A DNA stretch of 64,000 bases, from the NCBI GenBank assembly GCA_963701965.1, contig OY969695.1, forward strand, positions 640,001 to 704,000. Reading direction: 5' to 3'. The notes beneath the pieces are model-generated. The model had not been told where the DNA came from. It did no database searches and saw only the letters and a program-made list of their open reading frames with translations. This document shows, one piece after another, positions 48,295-58,461 of the stretch (its first letter is position 1; each line of letters opens with the position of its first letter). Position numbers and translations under genes: made by a program. The DNA is from an uncultured Gemmatimonadales bacterium (lineage in GTDB: Bacteria; Gemmatimonadota; Gemmatimonadetes; Gemmatimonadales; Gemmatimonadaceae).

Positions 48295-49721
48295 GCGCCC
48301 CCTCGGCGTTCCAGTCGATCCGGCAACTGGCGACCGACATTCAACAGCGCCGGGTCTCCTGTGTCGAAGTCGTGCAAGCGGCGCTCGACCGCACGCACGC
48401 GCTCGATCCCACGCTCAATAGCTTCATCACGCTCGTGCCCGAGGCCGCATTGGCCCAGGCCAAAGCGGCGGACGCCGAGCTCGCGCAGGGGCGGTATCGC
48501 GGACCCCTGCATGGGGTGCCGATCGGCATCAAGGACCACATCGACACCGCCGGCGTCCGCACCACGGCGGGCGCCAAGTCGCGTCTCGGAAACATTCCGA
48601 CGACCGACGCCGCGGTCGTGCGGCGCATGAAGAACGGCGGCGCGATCATGATCGGCAAGGCGAACATGAACAAGTTCGCCGACGGCGAGTCGGGCGATAA
48701 CCCGGACTTCGGGCGCATCAAGAACCCCTGGAACACGGCGTACTCGCCCGGCGGGTCGAGCAGCGGCGCCGGCGCCCAGGTGGCGGCGGGACTCGTCCCG
48801 CTCTCGATCGGGTCCGACAACGGGGGATCGGTCCGCATTCCGGCGGCGCTGTGCGGCGTCGTGGGCCTCAAGCCGACGCACGGCCGCATCAGCCTCGAGG
48901 GCATATTCCCCCGCCTCTACACGCTCGACCATCCCGGACCCCTGACGCGCACCGTCGAGGACTGCGCGATCGCGCTTCAAGCCCTGGCGGGCCACGATGC
49001 CGGCGACACCACCGCCGCGCGCCGCCCGGTGCCCGACTACACCAAGGGCCTCCGCTCAGGAATCGCCGGCATGGCGATCGGGGTGGACCGGACGTACGCC
49101 AGCGTAGGCGAAGCCGCGGTCCTCGCCGCGTTCGAGCAAGCGGTGGCCGCCCTGCGCGCGCTGGGCGCCCGCATCGTCAATGTCACGATTCCCACGCCGG
49201 ACCAGTGCCTCGCGGTCGGCAATACAATCGCCACCTGCGAATACGCCGTCGCCGCGGCCCATCTCTTCCGCGACCACCCCGACGACTTCGACAAAGCCGT
49301 GCCGCCGGCCGCCAGCGCCGCGGATATCAAAGCGGGCTCGCTCATCCCGGCCGTGGACTATATTCGTGCCACGCAACAGCGGCGCGTCTTGCAACTCGCG
49401 TACGCCCGGGCGACGCGCGCGGTCGAAGTGGTGGTGGCGCCGACGTACCCGCTGGCGCGGCGGCCATTCGGGGACTACCCGCGCGAGAACGGCCACCAGT
49501 TCACCGCCGACGACGCCGTGCGGTACACGTTCCCCTTCGATCTCCTCGGCGTCCCGGCGCTCTCGGTGCCGTGCGGCCTATCGCCCGACGGCGCGCCCAT
49601 CGGCATGCAGTTCATCGGCCGCCCGTTCGACGAGGTGACCGTGCTGCGCGCCGCCTACGCCTACGAACAACTCGCCGGGTGGCATACGCGCCACCCGGCG
49701 ATCGGAAGTCTCTCGCGCTAG
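48291..49721 (+). CDS. Amidase (amidase signature family)
   Basis: GPLHGVPIGIKD, PGGSSSG and GSDNGGSVRIPA..CGVVGLKPT. Confidence 0.92.
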   Translation: MSAPSAFQSIRQLATDIQQRRVSCVEVVQAALDRTHALDPTLNSFITLVPEAALAQAKAADAELAQGRYRGPLHGVPIGIKDHIDTAGVRTTAGAKSRLGNIPTTDAAVVRRMKNGGAIMIGKANMNKFADGESGDNPDFGRIKNPWNTAYSPGGSSSGAGAQVAAGLVPLSIGSDNGGSVRIPAALCGVVGLKPTHGRISLEGIFPRLYTLDHPGPLTRTVEDCAIALQALAGHDAGDTTAARRPVPDYTKGLRSGIAGMAIGVDRTYASVGEAAVLAAFEQAVAALRALGARIVNVTIPTPDQCLAVGNTIATCEYAVAAAHLFRDHPDDFDKAVPPAASAADIKAGSLIPAVDYIRATQQRRVLQLAYARATRAVEVVVAPTYPLARRPFGDYPRENGHQFTADDAVRYTFPFDLLGVPALSVPCGLSPDGAPIGMQFIGRPFDEVTVLRAAYAYEQLAGWHTRHPAIGSLSR

Positions 49722-51721
49722 TTGCCCGCCAATGCCACCGAGGCGGCCGCGAGATCGCGGACCGTCCCTTGGAGCTTGTGCACCTTCGCCGCATCGGCGC
49801 CGGACGCGTCACCATCTAGTTGCGTCGCCAGCAACGTGAGCGCGTCGCGGCGTCCCGCGCCCGACATCTTCTCCGCCGCGCCCAGTCCGCGCCGGATGGC
49901 GGCGATGCGATCGGCGTTCATGCTCTTGGCCCGCTCCAGCTGATCCAGGTACGCGCGCGCCAGCACGAACGTCGCCGGCCACACCAGCTTGGGCTGCCCC
50001 TGGACGTTGAGCTCACTCAGGTGCACCGTCTTCGCGGCGTCGATCTCGTTCTGGGTCAAATGCGCGTTCGGCGTCAGCTCCAGCACGTCGAGCCCGCGGC
50101 CGATCTCCGAACCGACGATGACGCCGTTGTACCAGTAGGCGGACCATTCGCCGGCGTCGCCCATCTGGGTCGAGTCGACCGGTCCGCGATCGAAGAACGC
50201 GATCTCGGTCGGATGCGCCGCATCGGTCCAGTCGAACACCGAGATCCCGCCCTGATACCACGCCTGCACCATCACATCGCGTCCGGGGATCGGAATCAGC
50301 GAGCCGTTGTGGGCGACGCAGTTTTCGAACTTGGTCTGCGGCGCGGGCAGCTTGTAGTAGCTCTGGAAATGCAATTTCCCGTCCGCGATCGTGAAGATCG
50401 CGTCGGCGCCCCAGTTGCGCGGATCCGTGGCCCGGCATTTCGGCTGGCTGCCACCGCCCCACTCGTCGGAGAACAGCAGCTTCGTGCCGTCGTTGTTGAA
50501 CGTCGCCGAGTGCCAGTAGGAGAAGTTCGAGTCAGAGACCGCATCGAGACGCGTGGGATGCGTGACGTCGTGGATATCGAGCAACATCCCGTAGCCTTCG
50601 CAGGCGCCGCCGGCGAGACCGATCTGCGGATAGACGGTGATGTCGTGGCACTGGCGATTCGTGGAGTACGTGGTCCCGGCATCGTCGCCGAACCTCTTCT
50701 TCACGATCTCCGGGAGCGCGGCACGCAGCGCGGCGCTGTCGGCGGCGGTGGGTGCGCCGGTCCCGCCGCGCGATTTGACGATGCGGGCGAGCAATGCATT
50801 GGCGTTGTCGTCACTCACGACGAAGTCATCCCCCATGAAGTGGGCGACGAACTTGCCCTGGGCCCGCTCTTCGGCGGCGGCCTGTTTGTCGGCTTCCGCT
50901 TGACCGTGGTGCGGCGCGGCGGCCAGACCGCTGAAGATGCGCGGCGTGCTGACGATCGCCGCCTGCTCCGGGTGCGCCAACGGAATCTTCACGACCTCGA
51001 TCCGGAAGAGGGCCGAGTTGGGGTCTTGGTCAGGCGCGGAGCTCACGCAGCCCGCGAGCTCGGTCGGGCTCCGCAGCGGCGCCGATCCCGAGATGTAGGC
51101 ATAGATGTTCTCGTGGTCATTGGGATCGACCACCAGCGTGTGCGTGTGCGACCCGCGGCAGGTCTGGACGTTGACCACGGCCTTGGGATGCGCGATGTCG
51201 CTGATGTCATAGACGCGGATGCCGAGGAGGCGCTCGTGGCTCACCGTGTCTTTGACGCCCCCTGCACCGCAGTCAAGTCGTCCCGCCGTCCCTTCCCCGG
51301 ACGTGATCAGCAGGTTCTTGTAGACGGAGACGTCGCTCTGCGATTGCGGACAGTAGTAGGTGGACGCGAGCGTGACGTGCTTCGGATCCGAGACGTTCCA
51401 GACCTGATAGCCGGCGTAGCTGCCTTGGATCGCGTACGGGCCGCTGAACGCGAGGTCGGAGTTGGTCTGATCGACGAACTTGGTCGGGGGCCGGTTCTCG
51501 GAGACGACCCGCATGTTCCACGTCGCTTCCGCGGCGTCGTATTTCCCGGCCCGGAGGCCAACGCGGGGATCGGGGTTTGGCGCGTCGGGCGACTGGTTGG
51601 CGTTGAGCGGCGCCGGGGATGTGGTGGCCAATGTGGTCGCCAATGTGGAGATCGAGCGGCCGCACCCGGCGGCGGTGATGGCAACGGTCAGGAGGACGAT
51701 CTTGGACGACGGGTTCATCAC
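49718..51721 (-). CDS. LVIVD-repeat beta-propeller lipoprotein
   Basis: AAGC lipobox; NSDLAF, CRGSHTHT, CHDITV, WHSATF, ENCVAHNG and WYQGG. Confidence 0.85.
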   Translation of the reverse strand: MMNPSSKIVLLTVAITAAGCGRSISTLATTLATTSPAPLNANQSPDAPNPDPRVGLRAGKYDAAEATWNMRVVSENRPPTKFVDQTNSDLAFSGPYAIQGSYAGYQVWNVSDPKHVTLASTYYCPQSQSDVSVYKNLLITSGEGTAGRLDCGAGGVKDTVSHERLLGIRVYDISDIAHPKAVVNVQTCRGSHTHTLVVDPNDHENIYAYISGSAPLRSPTELAGCVSSAPDQDPNSALFRIEVVKIPLAHPEQAAIVSTPRIFSGLAAAPHHGQAEADKQAAAEERAQGKFVAHFMGDDFVVSDDNANALLARIVKSRGGTGAPTAADSAALRAALPEIVKKRFGDDAGTTYSTNRQCHDITVYPQIGLAGGACEGYGMLLDIHDVTHPTRLDAVSDSNFSYWHSATFNNDGTKLLFSDEWGGGSQPKCRATDPRNWGADAIFTIADGKLHFQSYYKLPAPQTKFENCVAHNGSLIPIPGRDVMVQAWYQGGISVFDWTDAAHPTEIAFFDRGPVDSTQMGDAGEWSAYWYNGVIVGSEIGRGLDVLELTPNAHLTQNEIDAAKTVHLSELNVQGQPKLVWPATFVLARAYLDQLERAKSMNADRIAAIRRGLGAAEKMSGAGRRDALTLLATQLDGDASGADAAKVHKLQGTVRDLAAASVALAGN

Positions 51722-52308
51722 GGGCTAGTTCCCTCGAATGTGAGGACGAAGAGCATCTTTTTCATCCGGGCGATCTCGGTGGTCTGATCGACATTCACGT
51801 CGGACGCGAACTTGAACACTTTTTCGTCTTGGCCGGCACCTGGTGTCTCGAACAGGTCGTGCACCATGGATACGGCACCGTTGTGGTGCTGTATCATGGA
51901 CGTGAGAAACAGGCGGTCGAAGTCCCGACCCCGCGCGGCGTCGAGGGCTTTCATCTGCTCTTCGGACAGCATGCCCGGCATGAGCATCGGGTGACCGTCC
52001 ATCATCATACTGGCGCCCGGCGTGGCATCGGGCACCGTCTGTCGCCGATTCCGCAGCCATTGCTGCATCGTCGCGATCTCGTCTTGCTGCGAATTGATGA
52101 TCCGGGCGCAGAGCGTTTGTACGGAGGGACCGGCGTCATGGCTGGGCGCCCAGCGGGCCATCACGATGGCCTGGGCATGATGGTGGATCATGCCCTGCAT
52201 GAATTGCACGTCGGCCGCGGTATACGGCAGCCGGGCGCTATCGACGCTGGCTTTGGCGATCGCCGCCGGGTCGGTCAGCGATTGTCCGCTGGCGGCTGAG
52301 CTGGCCAC
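51718..52308 (-). CDS. DUF305 domain protein (start uncertain; a signal-like stretch continues upstream)
   Basis: FMQGMI.HH.QA..M, Q..EI..M..WL, MPGM, FDRLFL..MI.HH.GA and DQ..EI.RM. Confidence 0.88.
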   Translation of the reverse strand: MASSAASGQSLTDPAAIAKASVDSARLPYTAADVQFMQGMIHHHAQAIVMARWAPSHDAGPSVQTLCARIINSQQDEIATMQQWLRNRRQTVPDATPGASMMMDGHPMLMPGMLSEEQMKALDAARGRDFDRLFLTSMIQHHNGAVSMVHDLFETPGAGQDEKVFKFASDVNVDQTTEIARMKKMLFVLTFEGTSP

Positions 52309-52918
52309 GCCCAGTAGCGTCGCCGTGGCGATGGGCCAGAACGTACGGTGTGGTATCGCGATCCCCCCTCCCGGAATGGCTCCATCCTAGCACCCGGTAC
52401 CGACGGGAGCAACTCACCGGTTGTTAGCGGAATGTCATGTTCTTACGCATTCACCGGAGATGCCCATATTCGCCGGTATGAACGCCTTGCGCATTGGCCC
52501 GAACTTCGCAGTCAGCTTCGCTGATCGCGGCGTTTATAACGTCCAGCCGAGCGGGCGCGCAAGTCCCGGCCGCGATTCCGCATCCGGTCGGACCGTCGCG
52601 TGTCTTCGCCGCCAATGCCAGCGATGTCCGCCCGCTGGCCGAGCTTGCCGTCATGGCGTCCGGACAGCAATGAGGTCATCCTGCGCGCCTTCGTCGTCGG
52701 GAGTGACGGCTCACGCCGAGAGTTGCGGGGCACGGCCATCGGATTCGGCACGCCGTCCAGGGGACCGGACGTGCTTTTCACTGAGCGGGTGCCCCTGGAC
52801 TCCGCGCTCAGAATCCAAAGCGTCGAGGTCTTCGCTAACGCGAGAACGTTCGACCGGGAATCCGGCGAAGCGAATCGTTTGGCCTTGACCGTCCACGGAG
52901 GGGCTGGCGGGCGGCGGC

Positions 52919-53470
52919 TCAGAGTCCAGGCAGCGATTCCGTGGACACCACGTTCGCCCCGGCGGCGGCGAACGCCGCATTGTGCCGCGCGATGAGTTGG
53001 TCGGCGGTCTCTCCGTCGAACTCCCACGTGCTGTGGGCGTCGGAGACCACGGTGACGCGGAGCCCGGCGTCCATGGCGCCCTTCACCGTGTCCGCCACGC
53101 ACTGGTCGCTCTGCGCGCCGACGAGGATCACCTCGTCGGCGCCTTGACGCGCCACCCATTGGAGAAGGGCGGGATTGCTGAACGCATCGCCGGCCTGCTT
53201 CGCGAACGTGGGCTCGTCGGGCGCTTGGCCAAGCGCCGGCCACACCGGCCAACCTGGTGCGCCTGGCGCCAGCGGTTCGCCCGCGGCCGCATCGTGACGC
53301 ACGAACGCGACCTTCCGTCCGGTGCGCCTCGCCCACTCCATCACGGCTCGGACGCGCGCGACCAGACCGGCTGCATCATGAATCGGCGGCACCACGGCGC
53401 CGTCGAACATCCCGCTTTGGAGGTCGATCACGATGATCGGAGCCGTGTCCGCCGGCCGGCGCGCAGTCAT
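52919..53470 (-). CDS. Isochorismatase / cysteine hydrolase family protein
   Basis: VIDLQ, K....DAF, GAQSDQCV..T and SDAHST; ATG at 53470 with a TATGCT -10 box 6 nt upstream. Confidence 0.88.
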   Translation of the reverse strand: MTARRPADTAPIIVIDLQSGMFDGAVVPPIHDAAGLVARVRAVMEWARRTGRKVAFVRHDAAAGEPLAPGAPGWPVWPALGQAPDEPTFAKQAGDAFSNPALLQWVARQGADEVILVGAQSDQCVADTVKGAMDAGLRVTVVSDAHSTWEFDGETADQLIARHNAAFAAAGANVVSTESLPGL

Positions 53471-53563
53471 GTATTGAGCATATCGCGAGGGCGGCCCCTT
53501 GCGATAGCCCCTCGGCCGCGCGCAATGTAGGTCATCGATCGACGCACGCCAGTCCCCGGGAGA

Positions 53564-56500
53564 ATGATCGTGAGCGCTGTCCAACGTCCCCGCCGCCGCG
53601 CGGCAGCTATTCGTACCCTGATCGCCGTTGTCGCCGTGTTGGCAATCCGAGGAGTCGCACGGGCACAGGTGGCGGCGCCTCCCACCCACGCCGACACGAT
53701 GCTCTTGCGCGCGCTCAAGTGGCGGGAGATCGGCCCCTATCGCGGCGGCCGCTCCGTCGCCGTGGCGGGCTCCGCGGCCCGACCCAACGAGTACTGGTTC
53801 GGCACCACCGGCGGCGGCGTGTTCAAGACGACAGACGGCGGCATCCATTGGGCCGCCGCGAGCGACAAGTATTTCGGTGGCACTATTGGGGCAATCGGTG
53901 TCAGCGAGTCCAACCCTGACGTCGTGTACGTCGGGACGGGCGAGTACGATATCCGGGGCAACGTGTCCCACGGCGACGGGGTGTACAAGACGACGGACGG
54001 GGGGAAGACCTGGGTCAGCGTCGGCCTCGCCGACACGCGCCAGATCTCGCGCGTTCGGGTCGATCCGCGCAATCCCGACATCGTCTACGTGGGCGCTCTT
54101 GGGCACGTGTGGGCGCCCAATGCCGAGCGCGGCCTCTTCAAGTCGGTCGACGGTGGCAAGCAATGGACGAAGATCCTGTTCCGCAACGACTCGACGGGCA
54201 TCTCGGACGTCGTCCTCGATCCCGACCATTCGGGCACGATCTACGCCGCGTTTTGGCAAGCGGGGCGGAAACCCTGGCTCCTGGTGAGCGGCGGCGCCGG
54301 CAGCGGCATCTTCAAGAGCAGCGACGCGGGCGCGACTTGGACGGAGCTGACGCGGAACACCGGGCTGCCGAGCGGCATCCTCGGCAACATCGGGCTGGCG
54401 GTCTCTCCGGCCAACCCGCGCCGGGTCTGGGCGCTGGTCGAAGCCGACTCCGGCGGCGTCTTCCGGTCCGACGACGGCGGCGCGACGTGGACGCGCACCA
54501 ACAGCGAGCGCAAGCTCCGGCAGCGCGCGTGGTACTATACCCGCATCTTCGCTGATCCCAAGGATGCCAACACCGTCTATGCGCTGAACACGAACTTTTA
54601 CCGGAGCACCGACGGCGGGAAGACGTTCAAGAACATCCCCGTCCCGCACGGCGACAACCACGATCTCTGGATCGCCGCGACGGACCCCGCGCGGATGATC
54701 GAGGCCAACGACGGCAGCGCCAACGTATCGGTGAATGGCGGGAAGTCGTGGTCGGAGCAAGACAACGCCTCGGGACAGTTCTATCACGTCACCACTACCA
54801 CGGATTTCCCGTACAAGGTCTGCGGCGCGCAGCAGGACCTCTCGACGCTCTGCGGACCCAGTGCCGCGGACGGCGGGATCGACATCGCGGACTGGCAGGA
54901 AGTCGGCGGTGGAGAGAGTGGCTACATCCAGGTGCGTCCGGACGAAACGAACATCGTCTACGCCGGGAGCTACTCGTATCTGTCGCGCAAAGACATGCGG
55001 ACGGGGCTCCAAAAAGAGATCACGCCCTGGCCGCAGGATCCCATGGGTCACTCGGCGGAAGATCTGCGCTATCGTTTCCAGTGGACGTTCCCGATCCTGA
55101 TCTCCCCGCACGATCCGCACACGCTGTACGTCGGCGCCAACGTCCTCTTCAAGTCGACGACCAATGGACAGAGCTGGCAGGTCATCTCCCCCGATCTCAC
55201 GCGCCACGATCCCGCGACGCTCGGGCCATCCGGTGGGCCGATCACCAAGGATCAGACATCGGTCGAGTACTATGCGACGATCTTTTCGATCGCCGAATCG
55301 CCGCGGCAGCAGGGACTGATTTGGACGGGCAGCGACGACGGGGTGATCCAGCTCACCCGGAATGGCGGCGCGACGTGGAATGCGGTGTCGCCGACGCAGT
55401 GGGGGGAGTGGATGCGCATCTCCAGCATCGAGCCTTCACACTACGATCCCGGCACCGTGTATGTGGCGGCCAATCGCTACCAGCTCGATGACATGCGGCC
55501 TTATCTCCTCAAGTCGACGGATTACGGCCATACCTGGACGCTGATCACGAACGGCATTCCGGCGACGGAGTTCACGCGTGTGGTGCGCGAGGATCCCGTC
55601 CGGCGCGGCCTCCTGTACGCGGGCACCGAGCGCGGCGTGTGGGTGAGCTTCGACGACGGTGGGCACTGGCAGTCCATGCAACGCAACCTGCCACCAGTTC
55701 CGGTCCACGATCTGGTGGTCAAGGACAACGATCTGGTCGTGGCCACGCATGGCCGCTCCTTTTGGATCCTGACCGACGTCGCGCCGCTCCGGCAGCTGTC
55801 GTCCACGATGACCGCGGCCAGCATGCACCTGTTCAAGCCATCGCCGGCCTATCGCGTGCGCTGGTCGACGCCTGGCGGCGAGTCGGGCGGTGCGCACCCC
55901 CGCGGCGCCAATCCGCCCAGCGGCGCCATGATCTACTACACGCTGGCGGACTCGACCGCCGCGGTCACCATGGAGTTCCTGGACTCCGCCGGTCATCTCG
56001 TGCGTCGTTTGAGCTCGCGGCTCGACAGCGCGGGCATGGCCGATAGTGTGGAGCACGCCGACAGTGTCCGCGAGGTCCGCCGCGATAGCTTGACCAGGGC
56101 CGGGATCCCGGCGGACAGCGTCGCGCGATTGTTGGCGGCGTCCGATACGGCACACAAGGACGGTGGTGACGACGCGGACGAGGAGTCGCATCACGTCCCG
56201 CGACCGCCCCGGGTGCCGGCCAAGGTTGGCCTCAACATGTTCGCGTGGAATATGCGCTATCCCGACGCCAGCGCGTTCGACGATCTCATCATGTGGTCGG
56301 GCAATGTGAGCGGGCCCATGGCGCCGCCGGGACGGTACACGGTGCGATTGACCGTCGGCAGTGAGACGCAATCGCAGCCGCTCATCATCAAGGCCGATCC
56401 GCGCAGCACGGCGACGCCCTCGGCGCTCGAGGCCCAGTTCGCGATGCTCCTGCGCATCCGGGATCGCTTGAGCGCGGCCAACGATGCCGTGAAGACCATC

Positions 56501-56923
56501 CGCTACGTGGCGTATCAGATCCGGGCGGACAGTGCCAATGCCCCGCCCGGCTTCATCGCCGCCACCGCGCCGTTCGTCGAGCAGCTGCACACGATCGAGG
56601 GCGCCCTGTATCAGGTCAAGAATCAGAGCTCGCAGGACCCGCTCAACTTTCCAATCAAGTTGAACAACGAGATCGCATCACTGGCCAACACCGTGGCCAG
56701 CGCCGACGGGCGTCCGACGGCGCCCGCCTACGCGGTATTCACCACGCTATCGGCGCGACTCGATACGCAACTCGGGCACCTCAAGGCGGCGCTGGCGACC
56801 GACCTGCCAAAGATCAACGCCATCCTGCGGACGGCGGGACGAGCGGAGATCGTGCCGCGCGCCGTGGAACCGCCGCCGGTCAAGAAACCGACGATCACTG
56901 CCGCGCGCACCGCCGAGGAGTAG
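53564..56923 (+). CDS. BNR/Asp-box repeat (VPS10/sortilin-like) secreted glycosyl hydrolase-like protein
   Basis: WREIGP.RGGR; many S/T.DGG.TW Asp-boxes; HGDNH, GAQQD and YRFQWTFP. Confidence 0.88.
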   Translation: MIVSAVQRPRRRAAAIRTLIAVVAVLAIRGVARAQVAAPPTHADTMLLRALKWREIGPYRGGRSVAVAGSAARPNEYWFGTTGGGVFKTTDGGIHWAAASDKYFGGTIGAIGVSESNPDVVYVGTGEYDIRGNVSHGDGVYKTTDGGKTWVSVGLADTRQISRVRVDPRNPDIVYVGALGHVWAPNAERGLFKSVDGGKQWTKILFRNDSTGISDVVLDPDHSGTIYAAFWQAGRKPWLLVSGGAGSGIFKSSDAGATWTELTRNTGLPSGILGNIGLAVSPANPRRVWALVEADSGGVFRSDDGGATWTRTNSERKLRQRAWYYTRIFADPKDANTVYALNTNFYRSTDGGKTFKNIPVPHGDNHDLWIAATDPARMIEANDGSANVSVNGGKSWSEQDNASGQFYHVTTTTDFPYKVCGAQQDLSTLCGPSAADGGIDIADWQEVGGGESGYIQVRPDETNIVYAGSYSYLSRKDMRTGLQKEITPWPQDPMGHSAEDLRYRFQWTFPILISPHDPHTLYVGANVLFKSTTNGQSWQVISPDLTRHDPATLGPSGGPITKDQTSVEYYATIFSIAESPRQQGLIWTGSDDGVIQLTRNGGATWNAVSPTQWGEWMRISSIEPSHYDPGTVYVAANRYQLDDMRPYLLKSTDYGHTWTLITNGIPATEFTRVVREDPVRRGLLYAGTERGVWVSFDDGGHWQSMQRNLPPVPVHDLVVKDNDLVVATHGRSFWILTDVAPLRQLSSTMTAASMHLFKPSPAYRVRWSTPGGESGGAHPRGANPPSGAMIYYTLADSTAAVTMEFLDSAGHLVRRLSSRLDSAGMADSVEHADSVREVRRDSLTRAGIPADSVARLLAASDTAHKDGGDDADEESHHVPRPPRVPAKVGLNMFAWNMRYPDASAFDDLIMWSGNVSGPMAPPGRYTVRLTVGSETQSQPLIIKADPRSTATPSALEAQFAMLLRIRDRLSAANDAVKTIRYVAYQIRADSANAPPGFIAATAPFVEQLHTIEGALYQVKNQSSQDPLNFPIKLNNEIASLANTVASADGRPTAPAYAVFTTLSARLDTQLGHLKAALATDLPKINAILRTAGRAEIVPRAVEPPPVKKPTITAARTAEE

Positions 56924-56945
56924 CGCGCTGCGGTGCGGGCCGGCG

Positions 56946-57443
56946 TTACTGCTCTAACGGGCGGTTCGAGACGACGGCGTCGATGACGGCGCTGTCGACC
57001 GGCGAATCAATGTCCAAGATGCCCCAGGCCGCGTCGACCTCGGCCTTGGTCGGCGGGCGTCGAGCGGCCTGACCGCGCCGCGAGCGTGGGATCCGTTCAA
57101 TGTCGTGGACGCTCAGTCGGTCAATGACGGCGACCGACGCGGTGTCGTCGAGTCGGACCGTGGTCATGGGGACGAGCACCCACTCATCCTCTTCGCCGAC
57201 GCTGAACTCGCGGTTCACCTTGAGCTCCAGGTATTTCACGATCAGGTCGTTGGTGTCGACGACGAGGTCGTCGACCGTGCCGACCGCGCGACGATCGCGG
57301 AGCTGGACCGCCCAGCCGCGAATGTCCGGGGCGGGATCGGCGATCATGTAGCCTTTGAGCTCGCTGGCATGGGCCAGCGTCCCGGGCTCGACGCTGACGT
57401 CATCGTACTTGGGAATGAGGCGAATGCGATGCGTGCCGGCCAT
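56946..57443 (-). CDS. PRC-barrel domain protein
   Basis: PDIRGW.V, VGTV.DL.VD, YLE and LVP; GGAGG RBS before ATG at 57443. Confidence 0.8.
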   Translation of the reverse strand: MAGTHRIRLIPKYDDVSVEPGTLAHASELKGYMIADPAPDIRGWAVQLRDRRAVGTVDDLVVDTNDLIVKYLELKVNREFSVGEEDEWVLVPMTTVRLDDTASVAVIDRLSVHDIERIPRSRRGQAARRPPTKAEVDAAWGILDIDSPVDSAVIDAVVSNRPLEQ

Positions 57444-57493
57444 TTGGTCCCTCCTACTCGACACTGTGGAAGTTCCGGGCCAGCTCGCGAGCC

Positions 57494-57895
57494 CTAGCGG
57501 CGTGCGGCGGCGTTGAGGGCGGCCGCGTCTCGAACGAGCTTCTTGAACGCCTCGGCGTCGATGTCCTCGCCCTCGTGGATGTCGATCGCGCGCCTGATGT
57601 TGCCTTCGAGGCTGGAGTTGAAGAGCCGCGCCGGGTCCTTGAGAGCGGCACCCTTGGCGAAGGTGAGCTTGACGATGCTCTTGTACGTCTCACCCGTGCA
57701 GATGATTCCGTGGTGCTCCCACACGGGCACGCCTCTCCACTTCCACTCCTCGACGACTGCCGGCTCCGCTTGCTTGATCAGCAAGCGGAGCCGGGCCAAC
57801 GTCGTGCCGCGCCAGTCATCGAGCTCCCGGATTCGCGCATCAATCAGCTTGGACGGGGACTCGCCTTTCGGCGCCTTTTGCTGACTCTTTTTCAT
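57494..57895 (-). CDS. DUF1801 (YdhG-like) protein
   Basis: DWRG..L..., EEWKW.GVPVW, GETYK..VKLTF.KGA.L.DP..LFNSSL.G. Confidence 0.9.
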   Translation of the reverse strand: MKKSQQKAPKGESPSKLIDARIRELDDWRGTTLARLRLLIKQAEPAVVEEWKWRGVPVWEHHGIICTGETYKSIVKLTFAKGAALKDPARLFNSSLEGNIRRAIDIHEGEDIDAEAFKKLVRDAAALNAAARR

Positions 57896-58461
57896 GTTGC
57901 CGGAGCGTTGGGTGGCCAGCGGGGCGGCTCGACGCCAAACTGCTGGGCGTACTCGGCGTTCAACCGCTGCCAGCCGCTGAAGTGCATCGTGTTCATGCCG
58001 ACCATCCGTCCAATGGGCTCACCGTCGAGCAGCCGCTCCAGTACATCGAAGCAAATGTGCCAGCCGGCGGCGCCCATTGAGATGAACCCGCGGGCGATGT
58101 TGTGCCACAGCTTGAGGCGGGTGCGATCGCTACCCAGCGGCTCCAGCTGCCAGCGAAGATCGAATTCGCCCCAGGTGAACTCGAGCGCCTTCGGCGCATC
58201 GGCCCGCTTGATGCGCGACTCGGACACGATCGGTTTCGGCGCTCCCACGGTCGTCAGCTTCGCGGTGCCCACGGCGCCGAGGCTCCGGTCAGCGTCGAAC
58301 GGCGCCCATTCGCGCAGGTGCTCGGGTTCCGTGAGCGCCTGCCACACCCTGGTCGGCGGGTGGGCAATGTCGCGGACCATAACGAGCGTCCACTTCTCTC
58401 CGTCCTTCTCGATCTCGGCGCCAGCAGCGGCGCCCGGTGCGTATTGCTCGCGGGTCGTCAT
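57892..58461 (-). CDS. SRPBCC-family protein
   Basis: HPP.RVW.ALT.P.HL.EWAPF, LE..WG...LRW.LE and AAGWH.C. Confidence 0.88.
   Translation of the reverse strand: MTTREQYAPGAAAGAEIEKDGEKWTLVMVRDIAHPPTRVWQALTEPEHLREWAPFDADRSLGAVGTAKLTTVGAPKPIVSESRIKRADAPKALEFTWGEFDLRWQLEPLGSDRTRLKLWHNIARGFISMGAAGWHICFDVLERLLDGEPIGRMVGMNTMHFSGWQRLNAEYAQQFGVEPPRWPPNAPAT

Noticed and set aside
48291..49721. gatA of the Glu-tRNA amidotransferase
   Set aside because: No gatB is adjacent, the partner has an export signal, and GatA-specific motifs were not recognised.
52421..52995. CDS between DUF305 and the isochorismatase gene
   Set aside because: Only short, inconsistent frames are present. It may be a decayed secreted-protein gene, but no product can be supported.
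56946..57443. Photosynthetic reaction centre H subunit (puhA)
   Set aside because: Only a PRC-barrel is present, with no N-terminal TM helix and no photosynthesis genes nearby.
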